Source: Candidatus Sericytochromatia bacterium
GTDB taxonomy: Bacteria > Cyanobacteriota > Sericytochromatia > S15B-MN24 > VGJW01
Length of the DNA: 64,000 bases
Assembly: GCA_035285865.1 (NCBI GenBank)
Contig: JAYKHS010000030.1
Coordinates: forward strand, 32,001 to 96,000
Direction of reading: 5' to 3'
Positions 9,394-19,538 of the stretch are shown one piece after another. Position 1 is the stretch's first letter. Each line of letters starts with the position of its first letter. The translations under genes and the position numbers were made by a program. The notes beneath the pieces are model-generated. The model worked only from the letters and a program-made list of their open reading frames with translations, had not been told where the DNA came from and did not search any database.

Positions 9394-11512
9394 GCAGCCC
9401 CGGCGCGGGGTGCGCACGCCGTACCTCAATGCCGAGATTTCCTGGCTGGACTTCAATGGGCGCGTGCTCGAGGAGGCTGCCGACGCTACCCTTCCGGCAC
9501 TCGAACGTCTGCGATTCCTGGCCATCAGTGCCACGAACCTCGACGAGTTCTTCATGATCCGGGTGGCCGGCCTGCAGCAGCAGTTGGCCAGTGGTCGGCA
9601 CGTGCTGTCGCCAGATGGCCTTGCTCCCTCGGCGCAGCTCGAGGTGATCCGGGACCGGGTCCTCGAGATGACCCGGCGGCAGGAGGCCATCCTGACGCGT
9701 GAACTGCTGCCCTCCATGGCCGGCCATGGCATCCGTGTCCTTCGTCATCAGGATCTGCCGGTCCCCGAGCGGGAGCGTCTGGCCCGCTGGTACCACGAGG
9801 AAGTCTTCCCTGTCCTGACGCCCCTGGCGGTAGACACCAGCCATCCTTTCCCCATCATCTCCAACCTGTCCCTGAACCTCGGTATGCTGGTGGATGCGCC
9901 CCACGGGGGCGAGGCTTTCGCCCGGGTCAAGCTGCCGCCCAATCTGCCACGCTTCGTCCCGTTGCAGGGGGGGCTCGGCTTCCTGCCCCTCGAGGAGTTG
10001 GTGGCCGCCCATGTGGATGCCCTGTTTCCCGAAATTCGGGTGCGCGCCATCCATCCCTTTCGGGTGACGCGCCATGCGGATATCGAGATCGCGGAGGATG
10101 AGGCGGTCGATCTGCTGACGGTCGTCGAGCAGGAAGTCCGCAAGCGTCGTTTCGGCCGGGCCACGCGTCTCGAGGTCACGGATCGCATGCCGGCCGGCAT
10201 GCGGGACATGCTCGTCCGGGCCCTGTCCCTTAGCGAGATGGATGTTTATGCCACGGATACGCTGACGGGCCTCGGCGACCTGATGCAGTTGGCTCGCCTG
10301 CCCGTGCCGGACCTCCAGATCCCGGCGCACTTGCCCTCCGTTCCCAAGGCCTTCCGGAGAGAAGAGGACCTCTTCGCCGTGATCCGCGAACGGGATGTGC
10401 TCGTCCATCATCCCTTCGAGGCCTTCGACCCCGTGGTGGATTTCATCTGGCAGGCGGCCGAGGACCCGAATGTCCTCGCCATCAAGCAGACGCTCTACCG
10501 GACGACGGGAGACTCCGGCTTCATCGAGGCCCTCGGCGAGGCGGCCGAGCGGGGCAAGCAGGTTGCCGTGGTGGTGGAGCTCAAAGCGCGCTTCGACGAG
10601 GAGAACAACATCCTCTGGGCCAAGCGGCTCGAACAGCGCGGCGTGCATGTCACCTACGGACTCGTCGGCCTGAAGACCCACGGCAAGCTGGCCCTTGTCG
10701 TCCGCCGTGAGCCCGACGGCATTCGGCGCTATGTGCACATGGCGACCGGAAACTACAACCCCAGCACGGCTCGCGGCTACACCGACCTCGGTCTCTTCAC
10801 GGCCGATCCCGACGTGGGGGCCGACGCCAGCGACCTCTTCAACACCCTGACGGGGTACTCCCGCAAGCAGGCCTACCGGCGCTTGCTCGTCGCGCCCGAG
10901 GGCATGCGCAGCAGGCTTGTCGCGCTGATTCGCGAGGAGGCGGCCCGCAAGGAACAGGGTCGTATCGTGTTCAAGTGCAATGCCTTGACGGACATTCCCA
11001 TCATCCGGGAGCTCTATGCAGCTGCGCAGGCAGGAGTCGCGATAGACCTCGTCATCCGCGGCATGTGCTGCCTGCGACCGGGCGTGCCGGGTTTGTCCGA
11101 GCGGATTCGGGTGCGCAGCGTCGTGGGTCGTTTTCTCGAGCACTCGCGCGTCTTCGCGTTCGGGCATGGCGACGAGGCGCGAATCTGGATCGGCAGTGCG
11201 GACATGATGGCGCGAAACCTGGACCATCGCGTCGAGGTGCTCTTTCCTGTCCGGGATCCGGCTGCAGCGCGAAGGATTCGCGAGGAGGTGCTCGCCTCCT
11301 ACCTGGCCGATGACGTGAAGGCCCGAATTCTGGATGCCGACGGCAACTGGAGCAGGCCGGCACGCGCCTCCGGGGCCTCGCCGGTCGATGCCCAGGCCTA
11401 CCTCATGGAGGCCTCCCGGCCCCCGGCGAAGTCACCCCGCGTGCGTCAGGTCGGAGGAAAGGGGAAACGACGCAAACCGGGCAAGCAGGTTTCGCGCAAA
11501 CCTCGCCTATAA
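9386..11512 (+). CDS. ppk1: Polyphosphate kinase 1
   Basis: SWLDFNGRVL, NLDEFFMIRVAG, AIKQTLYR, ELKARFDEENN, LKTHGK, GRFLEHSR. Confidence 0.97.
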   Translation: MPRQPRRGVRTPYLNAEISWLDFNGRVLEEAADATLPALERLRFLAISATNLDEFFMIRVAGLQQQLASGRHVLSPDGLAPSAQLEVIRDRVLEMTRRQEAILTRELLPSMAGHGIRVLRHQDLPVPERERLARWYHEEVFPVLTPLAVDTSHPFPIISNLSLNLGMLVDAPHGGEAFARVKLPPNLPRFVPLQGGLGFLPLEELVAAHVDALFPEIRVRAIHPFRVTRHADIEIAEDEAVDLLTVVEQEVRKRRFGRATRLEVTDRMPAGMRDMLVRALSLSEMDVYATDTLTGLGDLMQLARLPVPDLQIPAHLPSVPKAFRREEDLFAVIRERDVLVHHPFEAFDPVVDFIWQAAEDPNVLAIKQTLYRTTGDSGFIEALGEAAERGKQVAVVVELKARFDEENNILWAKRLEQRGVHVTYGLVGLKTHGKLALVVRREPDGIRRYVHMATGNYNPSTARGYTDLGLFTADPDVGADASDLFNTLTGYSRKQAYRRLLVAPEGMRSRLVALIREEAARKEQGRIVFKCNALTDIPIIRELYAAAQAGVAIDLVIRGMCCLRPGVPGLSERIRVRSVVGRFLEHSRVFAFGHGDEARIWIGSADMMARNLDHRVEVLFPVRDPAAARRIREEVLASYLADDVKARILDADGNWSRPARASGASPVDAQAYLMEASRPPAKSPRVRQVGGKGKRRKPGKQVSRKPRL

Positions 11513-11513
11513 T
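11508..11513 (+). promoter_or_regulatory. Consensus -10 TATAAT overlapping the ppk1 stop, probable amylase promoter
   Basis: Exact TATAAT about 80 bp upstream of the amylase start. Confidence 0.5.
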
Positions 11514-11589
11514 CGTTCATAACCCGTTCTTGAGCCGTGGGGGCTAAGGGGTCGGGTCCTGGACAGGTTTGCGAGGGGGCATCAGGAGC

Positions 11590-13209
11590 GTGACTGGGGG
11601 GCATCGGGTTCGCGGCCGCTGGGCAAAGGCTCTGGCGTGTCTGGCGTTGGCCGGGTGCGGTTCCGCCTTCGCGGCGCCATCCGGACCTTCGGCTGCTTCG
11701 GGCGATCTTCAGGCGCAGGCGGCAAGGCGATCGGACCTTGTGGCGCGCAAGGACTTTCGGGCCGAATCCATCTACTTCGTCATCACGGATCGCTTCGTTG
11801 ATGGCGACACCCGCAACAACAAGCTGTACGGCGACGAGTACGCGCCTGGCGACCTGTTCCTGAACCAAGGGGGCGACTTCAAGGGCCTCATGGCCAATCT
11901 GGACCACATCCAGAAGATGGGCTTCACGGCGCTCTGGATCACGCCGCCCGTGCTGCAGCCTCCGGGTGCTTACTACTCGGCCAATGGTACCTATCGTGCC
12001 AGCGGCTACCATGGTTATTGGGCATGGGATTTCTCCAAGGTCGATCCGCATCTCGAGTCGCCGGGGGCTACCTATGACGATTTGATTCGGGCTTGCCACG
12101 CCCGTGGTCTCAAAGTCATTCAGGATGTCGTCTGCAATCACGGTCACGGCGTCGAGGTCGGAGCAGCGACGCGCTGGAAGGACCGTTCCGGCTACATCGC
12201 CGGCAATGGCGAGGAGCTCGACTTCCACGACGATCGGCGGAATTTCTTCCATCACGACGGCCAAGGGCTCTATGACCTGATGGACTTCCGCGACGACTCA
12301 TCCGAGGTCCTCGATTGGCTGTCGCGCATCTATGAGAAGTGGCAGGACCGTGGTGTCGATGCCTTCCGGATCGATACGGTCGGTTGGATGAAACCCACCT
12401 TCTGGGCCGGATTCACGGATCGGATGCACCGGCATCGCAGCAACTTCTTCATGTTCGGTGAGGCGTGGACCAACTCGGACTTCTCGTGGCTGGCCGGCTT
12501 CACGCGACTTCCCGGCACGCAGGGGTCCCCCATGCAGTCGGGCATGAGCATGCTCGACATGCCGGGCTCGTCCATGGGTGGCTGGGGACGCCTCGAGCAG
12601 GTCTTCAAGGGCGGCGACTACCATGCCGTGGATGAGGTCCTGCGTCACGACTCCCTGTATCGGGATCCGACGTGGCTGGTCACCTTTCTCGACAACCACG
12701 ACAAGCCTCGATTCAACGGGAACGGCGACGAGGGCTCACGTCAGGCTACTTCAGTCCAGGCCAAGGACGCGCTCAACTGGTACTTCACGGCGCGAGGCAT
12801 CCCCTGCGTCTACTACGGTACCGAGGTCCTGCTGCAGGGGGGCAGCGAACCCGACAACCGCCGCATGCTGGGCCAATCGGGCATCAAGGCCTCGCGCAAT
12901 CACACCGTGGGCCTGCATCTGGCTTTCCTGAACAAGCTTCGGGCCTCCAGCGCCGCACTTCAGGGCGGTACGCAGCATCGTGTCTTGGCCGGTCGTGACC
13001 ACTACGTCTTCCGGCGGCATCTGGCCGATGAGGATGCCCTCGTCCTGCTCAACAAGGGCGATCAGCCCGTCACGTTGGTCGTGCCCGCCCGAACCGGCAA
13101 ATGGTTCGACAGGGTCACGGGTGAGGAACGTCTGGCCGCCGGGGGGCGTCTGACCGTCACGGTGCCGGCGCACGACATCCGCGTCGTCTCCGATCGCCAG
13201 AGCCGCTGA
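11590..13209 (+). CDS. GH13 alpha-amylase family lipoprotein
   Basis: Lipobox LAGC; YHGYW, FRIDTV, MFGEAW, FLDNHD catalytic regions. Confidence 0.92.
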   Translation: MTGGHRVRGRWAKALACLALAGCGSAFAAPSGPSAASGDLQAQAARRSDLVARKDFRAESIYFVITDRFVDGDTRNNKLYGDEYAPGDLFLNQGGDFKGLMANLDHIQKMGFTALWITPPVLQPPGAYYSANGTYRASGYHGYWAWDFSKVDPHLESPGATYDDLIRACHARGLKVIQDVVCNHGHGVEVGAATRWKDRSGYIAGNGEELDFHDDRRNFFHHDGQGLYDLMDFRDDSSEVLDWLSRIYEKWQDRGVDAFRIDTVGWMKPTFWAGFTDRMHRHRSNFFMFGEAWTNSDFSWLAGFTRLPGTQGSPMQSGMSMLDMPGSSMGGWGRLEQVFKGGDYHAVDEVLRHDSLYRDPTWLVTFLDNHDKPRFNGNGDEGSRQATSVQAKDALNWYFTARGIPCVYYGTEVLLQGGSEPDNRRMLGQSGIKASRNHTVGLHLAFLNKLRASSAALQGGTQHRVLAGRDHYVFRRHLADEDALVLLNKGDQPVTLVVPARTGKWFDRVTGEERLAAGGRLTVTVPAHDIRVVSDRQSR

Positions 13210-13217
13210 GCCTGACT

Positions 13218-14402
13218 TCAGGCCGTGACGGCCTCTTCCGCGGGAGCAGGGGACTCGGTCGCCTCTTCGGTCGACGGGTCCTCGAGTGCCTCGAGCGCCC
13301 CTTGAACCTCAGTCCACGAGCCAACCTGCCGATGCGTCTGCCGTGACGCCTCCGTGAGACTGCCGGACAGTTCGCGGACCCACTGGCTCAGGCCTTCGGA
13401 CTGGACGACCAAACCGGAGGCGAGGTCCCCCATGGTTGCGCGCTCCTTCTCGACCACCATCATGCCTTCCACGACCCGAGCTGCCTGCATGCCTGTGGCC
13501 TTTGCGGCCTCGAGGATATCCTTTATGGCGCGATCGGCCCCCCCGGCAGCCGCCACGCCGGCCCGGACGGCCTCTGCAGAACTGCCCATCGATTGCTGGG
13601 CGGTCTCGGCTTCCTTCACGGTTGCCAGCAGGATCTGGTCGATCAACTCGACGCTTCGTGCACTTTCCTCGGCCAACTTGCGAACTTCCTCGGCGACAAC
13701 GGCGAAGCCGCGGCCCTGCTCTCCGGCCCGCGCCGCCTCGATGGCGGCGTTGAGTGCCAGCAGGTTGGTCTGGCTGGCGAGGGCCCGGATGGTCGTCGTG
13801 ATCTGCGTGACCTCGGCCGAACGCTGCGTCAGGTGGTCGAGGGTCACGGTGGCCTTGCTCATCAGGCTCTCGACGCCGCGCATCTCGCTCACGAGGCTGG
13901 CGACCGCCTTGCTGCCCGTCTCGGCTTGCCTCTGGGCCTGTGTCGCGGCGTCTCCGAGGCTGCGTGACCGCATCAGGCCCTCCGCCACGGTCTCTCCCAG
14001 CTGCCGCATGCCCTCGGCGATGTTTCGCGATCCTTCCGACTGGCGCCTGGCCTCACTCTGCAGGCGGTCGTTGGCCCTGCCGATCTCACCCAGAACGCCC
14101 AGAAGATCGCGGCTGGCGAGGATACCCCGATCGACCTGTTCGATGAGCGCGCGGACCCGTGCCTCCTGCGGCCTGCCGTGATTCAGTCTGCCGGCCATGG
14201 CCTGCCAGAGTCCGTCGTCCTCAAGACCTTGTCCCGCCTGACGCCAGGCCACGATCGTGGCTGCAGCCATGGCCACGGCGGCCGCCAGGATCGCGACGGC
14301 ACCCTCTCGGTGGCTCAGGGCTCCCGACAGCGCCAGAAGACCGAGGGTCGCGGTGACGAGGCCGAGGACGAGGAGGGCGAGAAGCCAGCGTTGTGCATGC
14401 AT
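13218..14402 (-). CDS. Methyl-accepting chemotaxis protein, two TM helices, no periplasmic sensor domain
   Basis: Canonical [34 protein letters not shown]; start overlaps mutL stop (TAATG). Confidence 0.88.
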   Translation of the reverse strand: MHAQRWLLALLVLGLVTATLGLLALSGALSHREGAVAILAAAVAMAAATIVAWRQAGQGLEDDGLWQAMAGRLNHGRPQEARVRALIEQVDRGILASRDLLGVLGEIGRANDRLQSEARRQSEGSRNIAEGMRQLGETVAEGLMRSRSLGDAATQAQRQAETGSKAVASLVSEMRGVESLMSKATVTLDHLTQRSAEVTQITTTIRALASQTNLLALNAAIEAARAGEQGRGFAVVAEEVRKLAEESARSVELIDQILLATVKEAETAQQSMGSSAEAVRAGVAAAGGADRAIKDILEAAKATGMQAARVVEGMMVVEKERATMGDLASGLVVQSEGLSQWVRELSGSLTEASRQTHRQVGSWTEVQGALEALEDPSTEEATESPAPAEEAVTA

Positions 14403-16222
14403 TACCGTGTCTGCATACCCCGCAGGCACCGCCGGTGCAACTCGTCCATCGAGACGAGCACGGACGTCGGCCGGCCATGCGGACAGGTGAAGGGCTGGTC
14501 GCACTGCCGCCAGAGTTGCAGCAGGCGCTCCATCCGCGGCATGTCCAGGCGGTCCCCGGCCTTGGTCGCGCCGTGGCAGGCCAGCGTGACCCGCCATCGG
14601 TCCGACGGGTCGAGGTGTGCGAGTTCCCCCCCATCCCGGGTCTGTTCCAGAAGCCGGGCAATGATGGCTGGACCTTGTCCCTCCGGCAGGAGAGCCGGCA
14701 CGGCCGTCATGTTGTCGTCGGCATCGAAGGCGAAACCCATCCGCGTGAAGGCTTGGCGATGTTCCGCCAGCAGACCGCGCCATTCCGGCGAGAGGTCGAG
14801 GGGCTGTGGCAGCAGCAGGGCTTGCGATACGGCCTCTGCTTCGCCCAACTGCTCATACAGGTAGCGCTCGTGCGCGTTGTGCTGGTCGATGAGCAACACC
14901 CCGTCGGGATGGATCGCGATCATGTAGGTCTCGTGCAGTTGGCCCACGATCCTGAGGGCATCCCACGGATAGGTCCGCCCGTCCGGCACGGGGGCACGCC
15001 GGACTGTATCCGGATTCGGCGAGGACCAGGACAGACGCTCCTGGACTGCTCGGCCTTCGAGCACCAGCGGGGGCGGCATGGTTGCCATACTTTGTGATGA
15101 TTGCCAGCCGCTCGAATCCGTCACCGTGGGCACGGGAGTGGCGCCTTGCATGCCGGGGACGAGGCTGCGCGGATGCGCGGCGGGCAGCGTGCGCGTCATT
15201 TCGAAGGTCCCGCGCTGCGGTTCCGAATGTGCAGCATCCCGCTGGCGCATGGCGGCACCCACGGCTTGCCGGATGAGTCCGTGCAGGGCGCCCGCATCGG
15301 CGAGCCGAACCTCCCGCTTGGTCGGATGCACGTTGAAGTCCACCCGGGTGGGGTCGAGCCGCAGGTCCAGGACATAGATGGGATGCCTGCTGGGGGGGAC
15401 GTGGCCAGCCATGGCCTCGTCCACGGCTCGGGCAAGCGCGGGATGACGGATGGGCCTGCCGTTCACGAACAGCCATTGTCGGCTGCGATCGCCCCGAATC
15501 ATCTCCGGTGGGCACAGCAGCCCCGTGAGCTCGCCGATGGGTGTAGCCGCGTGCACCGGCAGGAGGCGGTCCGAGGTGCCCGGTCCGAGGATATGGGCAA
15601 GGATGGAGCCCATGTCGGCGAGCCCGTGGGTATCGAGCACGACCTTGCCTTGGACCGTGATCCGGAAGTTCACCTCGGGGTGCGCGATCGCCACGGCGGT
15701 CAGGGCTTCGACGACGTGGCCCGTCTCCGTGGAGTCGGTGCGCAGGAATTTCAGTCGTGCCGGCGTGCCGGCGAAAAGATCCGTGACCTGAACGCTGGTT
15801 CCCGGTGCGCCAGCTGCCGGGGTCAGCGCACCCAAGTCACCCATCGCGCACGTCAGGCTCCAGGCCTGTTCCAATCCGGGGGGGCGTGAACGGATGGTGA
15901 CCCGTGCGACGGCACCAAGGGCCGCGAGGGCCTCGCCGCGAAACCCCATCGTTGCCAAGGCCTCGAGGTCCGACAGCGCACGCACCTTGCTCGTCGCGAA
16001 GCGCTCGAAGGCCATCGGCAAGTCCTCAGGCGCGATGCCGCAGCCGTCATCGACGACTTGGAGCGTTCTGCCGCCATCGGCCACGAGGACCTCGATGCGG
16101 GTTGCGCCGGCATCCAACGCGTTGTCCACGAGTTCGCGCGCGGCATTGGCCGGACGCTCGACCACCTCGCCCGCGGCAATCTGGTTGGCGAGCACGTCGG
16201 GTAGTCGGTGGATACGCGGCAT
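14402..16222 (-). CDS. mutL: DNA mismatch repair endonuclease MutL
   Basis: [48 protein letters not shown]. Confidence 0.97.
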   Translation of the reverse strand: MPRIHRLPDVLANQIAAGEVVERPANAARELVDNALDAGATRIEVLVADGGRTLQVVDDGCGIAPEDLPMAFERFATSKVRALSDLEALATMGFRGEALAALGAVARVTIRSRPPGLEQAWSLTCAMGDLGALTPAAGAPGTSVQVTDLFAGTPARLKFLRTDSTETGHVVEALTAVAIAHPEVNFRITVQGKVVLDTHGLADMGSILAHILGPGTSDRLLPVHAATPIGELTGLLCPPEMIRGDRSRQWLFVNGRPIRHPALARAVDEAMAGHVPPSRHPIYVLDLRLDPTRVDFNVHPTKREVRLADAGALHGLIRQAVGAAMRQRDAAHSEPQRGTFEMTRTLPAAHPRSLVPGMQGATPVPTVTDSSGWQSSQSMATMPPPLVLEGRAVQERLSWSSPNPDTVRRAPVPDGRTYPWDALRIVGQLHETYMIAIHPDGVLLIDQHNAHERYLYEQLGEAEAVSQALLLPQPLDLSPEWRGLLAEHRQAFTRMGFAFDADDNMTAVPALLPEGQGPAIIARLLEQTRDGGELAHLDPSDRWRVTLACHGATKAGDRLDMPRMERLLQLWRQCDQPFTCPHGRPTSVLVSMDELHRRCLRGMQTR

Positions 16223-16283
16223 GGGGCCGATCCTAGCCCCGGAGAGCCACGGCGGCAACCTGGGTATGATGCCCCGGGACGTC

Positions 16284-16985
16284 ATGGAAGAGCCGTCGGA
16301 AGATCGCGTGCATCCGCTCTGGTTGCCTCCTGTGGGGGGTGGGCCCCTGCAGCCGCATCTCGCCATTCTGGACCTGGCGCGTGAAAGCGGCGAGGAGGCC
16401 GGCCGCGTGGTGGAGGCCCTGCTGTCCAGCGGTCAGTTCCATCAGGCGGCGCGTTGCCTCGAGGTGCTGGCCCAGGAGGGCCTCGGTCTCGAGACCGCCG
16501 GCAGGGATCGACTCGACCCCGAGGCACCCGAGTTCGGGGCATTCCATGCCACGATCCTGCTGCTTTTGCGTTCCGGGGTGCTGTATGGCCGTGCCGGGCG
16601 CCCGAAGACGGCAGGTGCCGTCTTTCGTCGGGCCCTGATCTTCGTCGAGGATACGCTCCGTGAAGTTCCCGGGCAGCCTGCTCCGGGCCGGGGTGGCTTG
16701 TGGAGTCTCGGTGTCACCTTCGAGCTTGCGGGTCATGTCTGTGTCGCGCTTGGCGAGCAGGACGGCCTTGCCTACTACGGGGCCGCGCTCGACTACTGGG
16801 AGCGGGCCGAACGGGCACATCCCGAGGACCTGGGGACGTTGACGGGCCATCCCGTCACGCGTACGGTCATCTCGTGCCTCGAGCCCGCTACGGCGCGCCT
16901 TGACCTGGATGAGGCCTGGCGCACCCTGCTGCTCACGGCCGATTACCCCACGAGGCTGGATTCAGCCAGAAGCCTGTTGCGATGA
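16284..16985 (+). CDS. Hypothetical helical (TPR-like) protein
   Basis: Fills gap after -10 TATGAT (16265-16270); stop overlaps next ATG; alternative start 16266. Confidence 0.6.
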   Translation: MEEPSEDRVHPLWLPPVGGGPLQPHLAILDLARESGEEAGRVVEALLSSGQFHQAARCLEVLAQEGLGLETAGRDRLDPEAPEFGAFHATILLLLRSGVLYGRAGRPKTAGAVFRRALIFVEDTLREVPGQPAPGRGGLWSLGVTFELAGHVCVALGEQDGLAYYGAALDYWERAERAHPEDLGTLTGHPVTRTVISCLEPATARLDLDEAWRTLLLTADYPTRLDSARSLLR

Positions 16986-17695
16986 CGATGTCGGCACCTA
17001 CCGAAGACCTTTACGCGATCCTGGGTGTTTCCGAGGATGCCGATGATGCGGCCCTGAAGGATGCGTTCCGCCGCTTGAGCCGGGAGCTGCATCCCGATCG
17101 CTATGTGGGTGACGTCGACAAGCAGGAAGAGGTCCAGGCCCAATTTGCCAAGGTTTCCGGTGCTTACAACGTCCTGAAGGATCCCGAGCAGCGTTCCGAG
17201 TACGACTTCACGCGGCGTCTGCTGGGCAACACCCAGTCGGCACCATCTGCGGCCCCTGCCTCTGATTTCCGCAACTCCCGGGCCAAAGCCTGTTACAACG
17301 CCGCCATGGCCTTGCAGGCCGAGGGCGAGATTGGCAAGGCGATCGAGTCGGCCAAGGAAGCCATCTCCCTTGATGCCAACGAGGCGACCTACCGGACCTT
17401 GCTGGCCGCCCTCTATGCCCGCAAGGGCTGGAGCAGCTATGCCAAGGCGGAACTGGACGTGGCCCTGCGCCTGAACCCCGAGGACGAGGCGGCCCAGAAG
17501 TTGATGCGGCGCTTGCAACGCGAGGCCCAGGAGGCGGAGGCTGGCCAGGTCGAGGAGCGGCCGACCAAGGGGCGGGGAAAGAAGGCCAAGCGTCGGCCGG
17601 ATGTCGAGGTCAAGGGCGTGCGCAGCCTCAAGCGCCGTCGCAAGACGGTGTGGGAGATGCTTTTCGGCTGGATGTCGCGCAAGAAGGCACGCTGA
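16982..17695 (+). CDS. J-domain (DnaJ-type) protein with TPR repeats and basic C-tail
   Basis: DLYAILGV...LHPDR...AYNVLKDPEQRSEYD followed by TPR-like helices. Confidence 0.9.
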   Translation: MTMSAPTEDLYAILGVSEDADDAALKDAFRRLSRELHPDRYVGDVDKQEEVQAQFAKVSGAYNVLKDPEQRSEYDFTRRLLGNTQSAPSAAPASDFRNSRAKACYNAAMALQAEGEIGKAIESAKEAISLDANEATYRTLLAALYARKGWSSYAKAELDVALRLNPEDEAAQKLMRRLQREAQEAEAGQVEERPTKGRGKKAKRRPDVEVKGVRSLKRRRKTVWEMLFGWMSRKKAR

Positions 17696-17697
17696 AG

Positions 17698-18282
17698 ATG
17701 CCAGCCAAGTTCCGCTATCGCATGGCGACGGTGCTGGACCTGCGGGTGAAGCGCGAGGACAAGCTGACGCAGGAGAAGGCGAAGCGGGAGCGCGAGCGAG
17801 ATCAGGAGCGTGACTTGCGCGATGAGCTCAAGGCGCGGCTCGCGGCGGCACGGCGTTCGATGGGGGCGTCGCTTGCCTCGGGCCAGGCGGCCAACGTGCA
17901 GATGGGCAATGACTATGCCGCTGTGCTCGAGAAGAAGCTTGAAGCTCAGGAAAAGCGCCTGCGCGAGGCCGAGGGTGCCGTCGACCAGGCGGATCAGGAC
18001 CTCAAGCTGGCCAAGCGCGAGGTCAAGATTCTCGAGAAGCACAAGGACAAGGCCAAGGAGCGTTGGTCGGCCGAGATGGCCCGCAAGGACGCGATGCTTC
18101 TGGACGAGATGGCCGTGCAGGGCTACCTGAAGAAGGAGCGCTTGCGCATCGAGGAGGACGAGCAGGAAGCGGCGCGCGAGGCAGCCCTCGAGGCTGAATC
18201 GGCTTGGATGGCCGGGCTGATCCAGGCCTCGGAGCAAGCCGCGCCGCGTCGATTGGGTCTGGTCAGGAAGGAGCAGTCATGA
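17698..18282 (+). CDS. fliJ: FliJ/SctO-like type III export stalk protein
   Basis: KFRYRMATVLDLR N-terminus, long coiled coil, KILEKHK...LDEMA C-terminus. Confidence 0.7.
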   Translation: MPAKFRYRMATVLDLRVKREDKLTQEKAKRERERDQERDLRDELKARLAAARRSMGASLASGQAANVQMGNDYAAVLEKKLEAQEKRLREAEGAVDQADQDLKLAKREVKILEKHKDKAKERWSAEMARKDAMLLDEMAVQGYLKKERLRIEEDEQEAAREAALEAESAWMAGLIQASEQAAPRRLGLVRKEQS

Positions 18283-19061
18283 TTCCCGTTCCCCCCATCC
18301 AGCCGCCCAAGGCGCCCAAGGTGGCTCCGCAGGACGTCGAGAATCCGGATCATGACCGCAAGGTCGAGGAGGCTCGCGAGGATCGCGAGGCTGTCGAAAG
18401 GCGGCCGTTCCTGCACTATCTGGCCCAGATCGTGCCCGGCTTGCTGCCCGGTACCCTTTCGGACGAGGCGTTGGCTGCGGCGGATGCCGCCGGAGCCGTG
18501 GCCGGTCTCGTCCTCGACGTCGACACGGACAAGGGGGCAGATGCGTCGCGGGCGTGGGAATCGTGGTTCCAGCAACAGCCTCACCCGGGCCTGCAACCCC
18601 TGGTGCCGCCCGATATGGGCGTTGCGGTCGACGATGCGCCTGCCGTGCGCATGCGGCCGGGCCTCGAGGTACCGGCTATTCCCGGGCTGGTGCGCGCCGA
18701 AATCGTGCGTGCGCAACCAGGCGAGGTGCCCGCCACCACCTTGCGATTCCAGTTGGCACCTGAGCATCTGGGGAAGCTGGATCTCTCATTCACGTATGCG
18801 CAGCAGAAAGTCAGCGTGACCATCGTCGCGCAATCGCAGGCCGCCCGTGAACAACTCGCCGAGAAGCTTGGCCAGATCCGCGACATCCTCCACCAACATC
18901 GGCTGCAGGCCGACAAGGTCGAGATCGCCGTAGAGGGCCGGAGCAGATCAGGTGGCGCGCGTCAGGATGCGGACCTGGGGGCCGGCGGAGCGGGTGGACG
19001 GTTGCCACGCCGCAGACTCAGGAAGCCCACGGCAGAAGGTGAAGACATCACCATCTCGTGA
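18279..19061 (+). CDS. fliK: FliK/SctP-like length-control protein (C-terminal T3S4 domain)
   Basis: LRFQLAPEHLGKLDL...AREQL...IRDIL pattern; AAGGAG RBS; ATGA overlap. Confidence 0.7.
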   Translation: MIPVPPIQPPKAPKVAPQDVENPDHDRKVEEAREDREAVERRPFLHYLAQIVPGLLPGTLSDEALAAADAAGAVAGLVLDVDTDKGADASRAWESWFQQQPHPGLQPLVPPDMGVAVDDAPAVRMRPGLEVPAIPGLVRAEIVRAQPGEVPATTLRFQLAPEHLGKLDLSFTYAQQKVSVTIVAQSQAAREQLAEKLGQIRDILHQHRLQADKVEIAVEGRSRSGGARQDADLGAGGAGGRLPRRRLRKPTAEGEDITIS

Positions 19062-19095
19062 GATTCGGCCCGTCCCGCCCGGGCGGGTCGCGGGC

Positions 19096-19371
19096 TCAGC
19101 GGGCCGCGAGCGAGAAGGGCCAGAGCGCCCGGCGTGGCTCAGGGCTGCGGAAGGCCTGCAGCAGCACGGTCCGCTCCAGATGCTCCTCGCGCTCTGCCAG
19201 GCGACACTGGAGGGCCTCGCGTCCGCGCTCAGCCGCCACCAGTGCCTCGCGCAGACGGGCGATCTCGGCGTGTGCTTCGTGGCGGTCGCGCTCGAGCCGC
19301 GCGATGCGCGTGCGCAGACGTCCGGCCACGGCGGACGGAAGATGGGGTGGTGCGACGACGTCGGGGGTCAA
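19096..19371 (-). CDS. Small coiled-coil hypothetical protein
   Basis: GGGAG RBS + TTG; heptad pattern; upstream TGtTAACTT extended -10. Confidence 0.5.
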   Translation of the reverse strand: MTPDVVAPPHLPSAVAGRLRTRIARLERDRHEAHAEIARLREALVAAERGREALQCRLAEREEHLERTVLLQAFRSPEPRRALWPFSLAAR

Positions 19372-19442
19372 GTGGCAGGCTCCCTAGGACTGAACCTTGT
19401 GCAACGGTCACAAAGTTAACACGCTCTTTTCGGGCTTCGGAA

Positions 19443-19523
19443 GGTGGATATCCCCGATTGATGGTGGATAGCTGAAAGTTTCTCGGTGGAAATTTCAGGA
19501 GTACCGGTGGACTGCGGTGGAAA
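19443..19523. repeat. Five direct GGTGGA(T/A/C) repeats, DnaA-box-like
   Basis: Copies at 19443, 19463, 19485, 19506, 19516. Confidence 0.75.
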
Positions 19524-19538
19524 AGGCCGGGAGACCTT

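Noticed and set aside
6095..11227. Long antisense ORFs (6095-8116, 9368-11227 and similar elsewhere)
   Set aside because: Expected stop-poor shadow frames in high-GC DNA opposite well-supported genes; no motifs
16207..16214. Extra GGTGGATA copy at the mutL start
   Set aside because: Single copy explained by Arg-Ile-His-Arg codons
19443..19523. Repeat array as CRISPR or confirmed oriC
   Set aside because: Repeats only 6-8 bp, no cas genes; no dnaA/dnaN or clear unwinding element, so kept only as a candidate binding-site cluster
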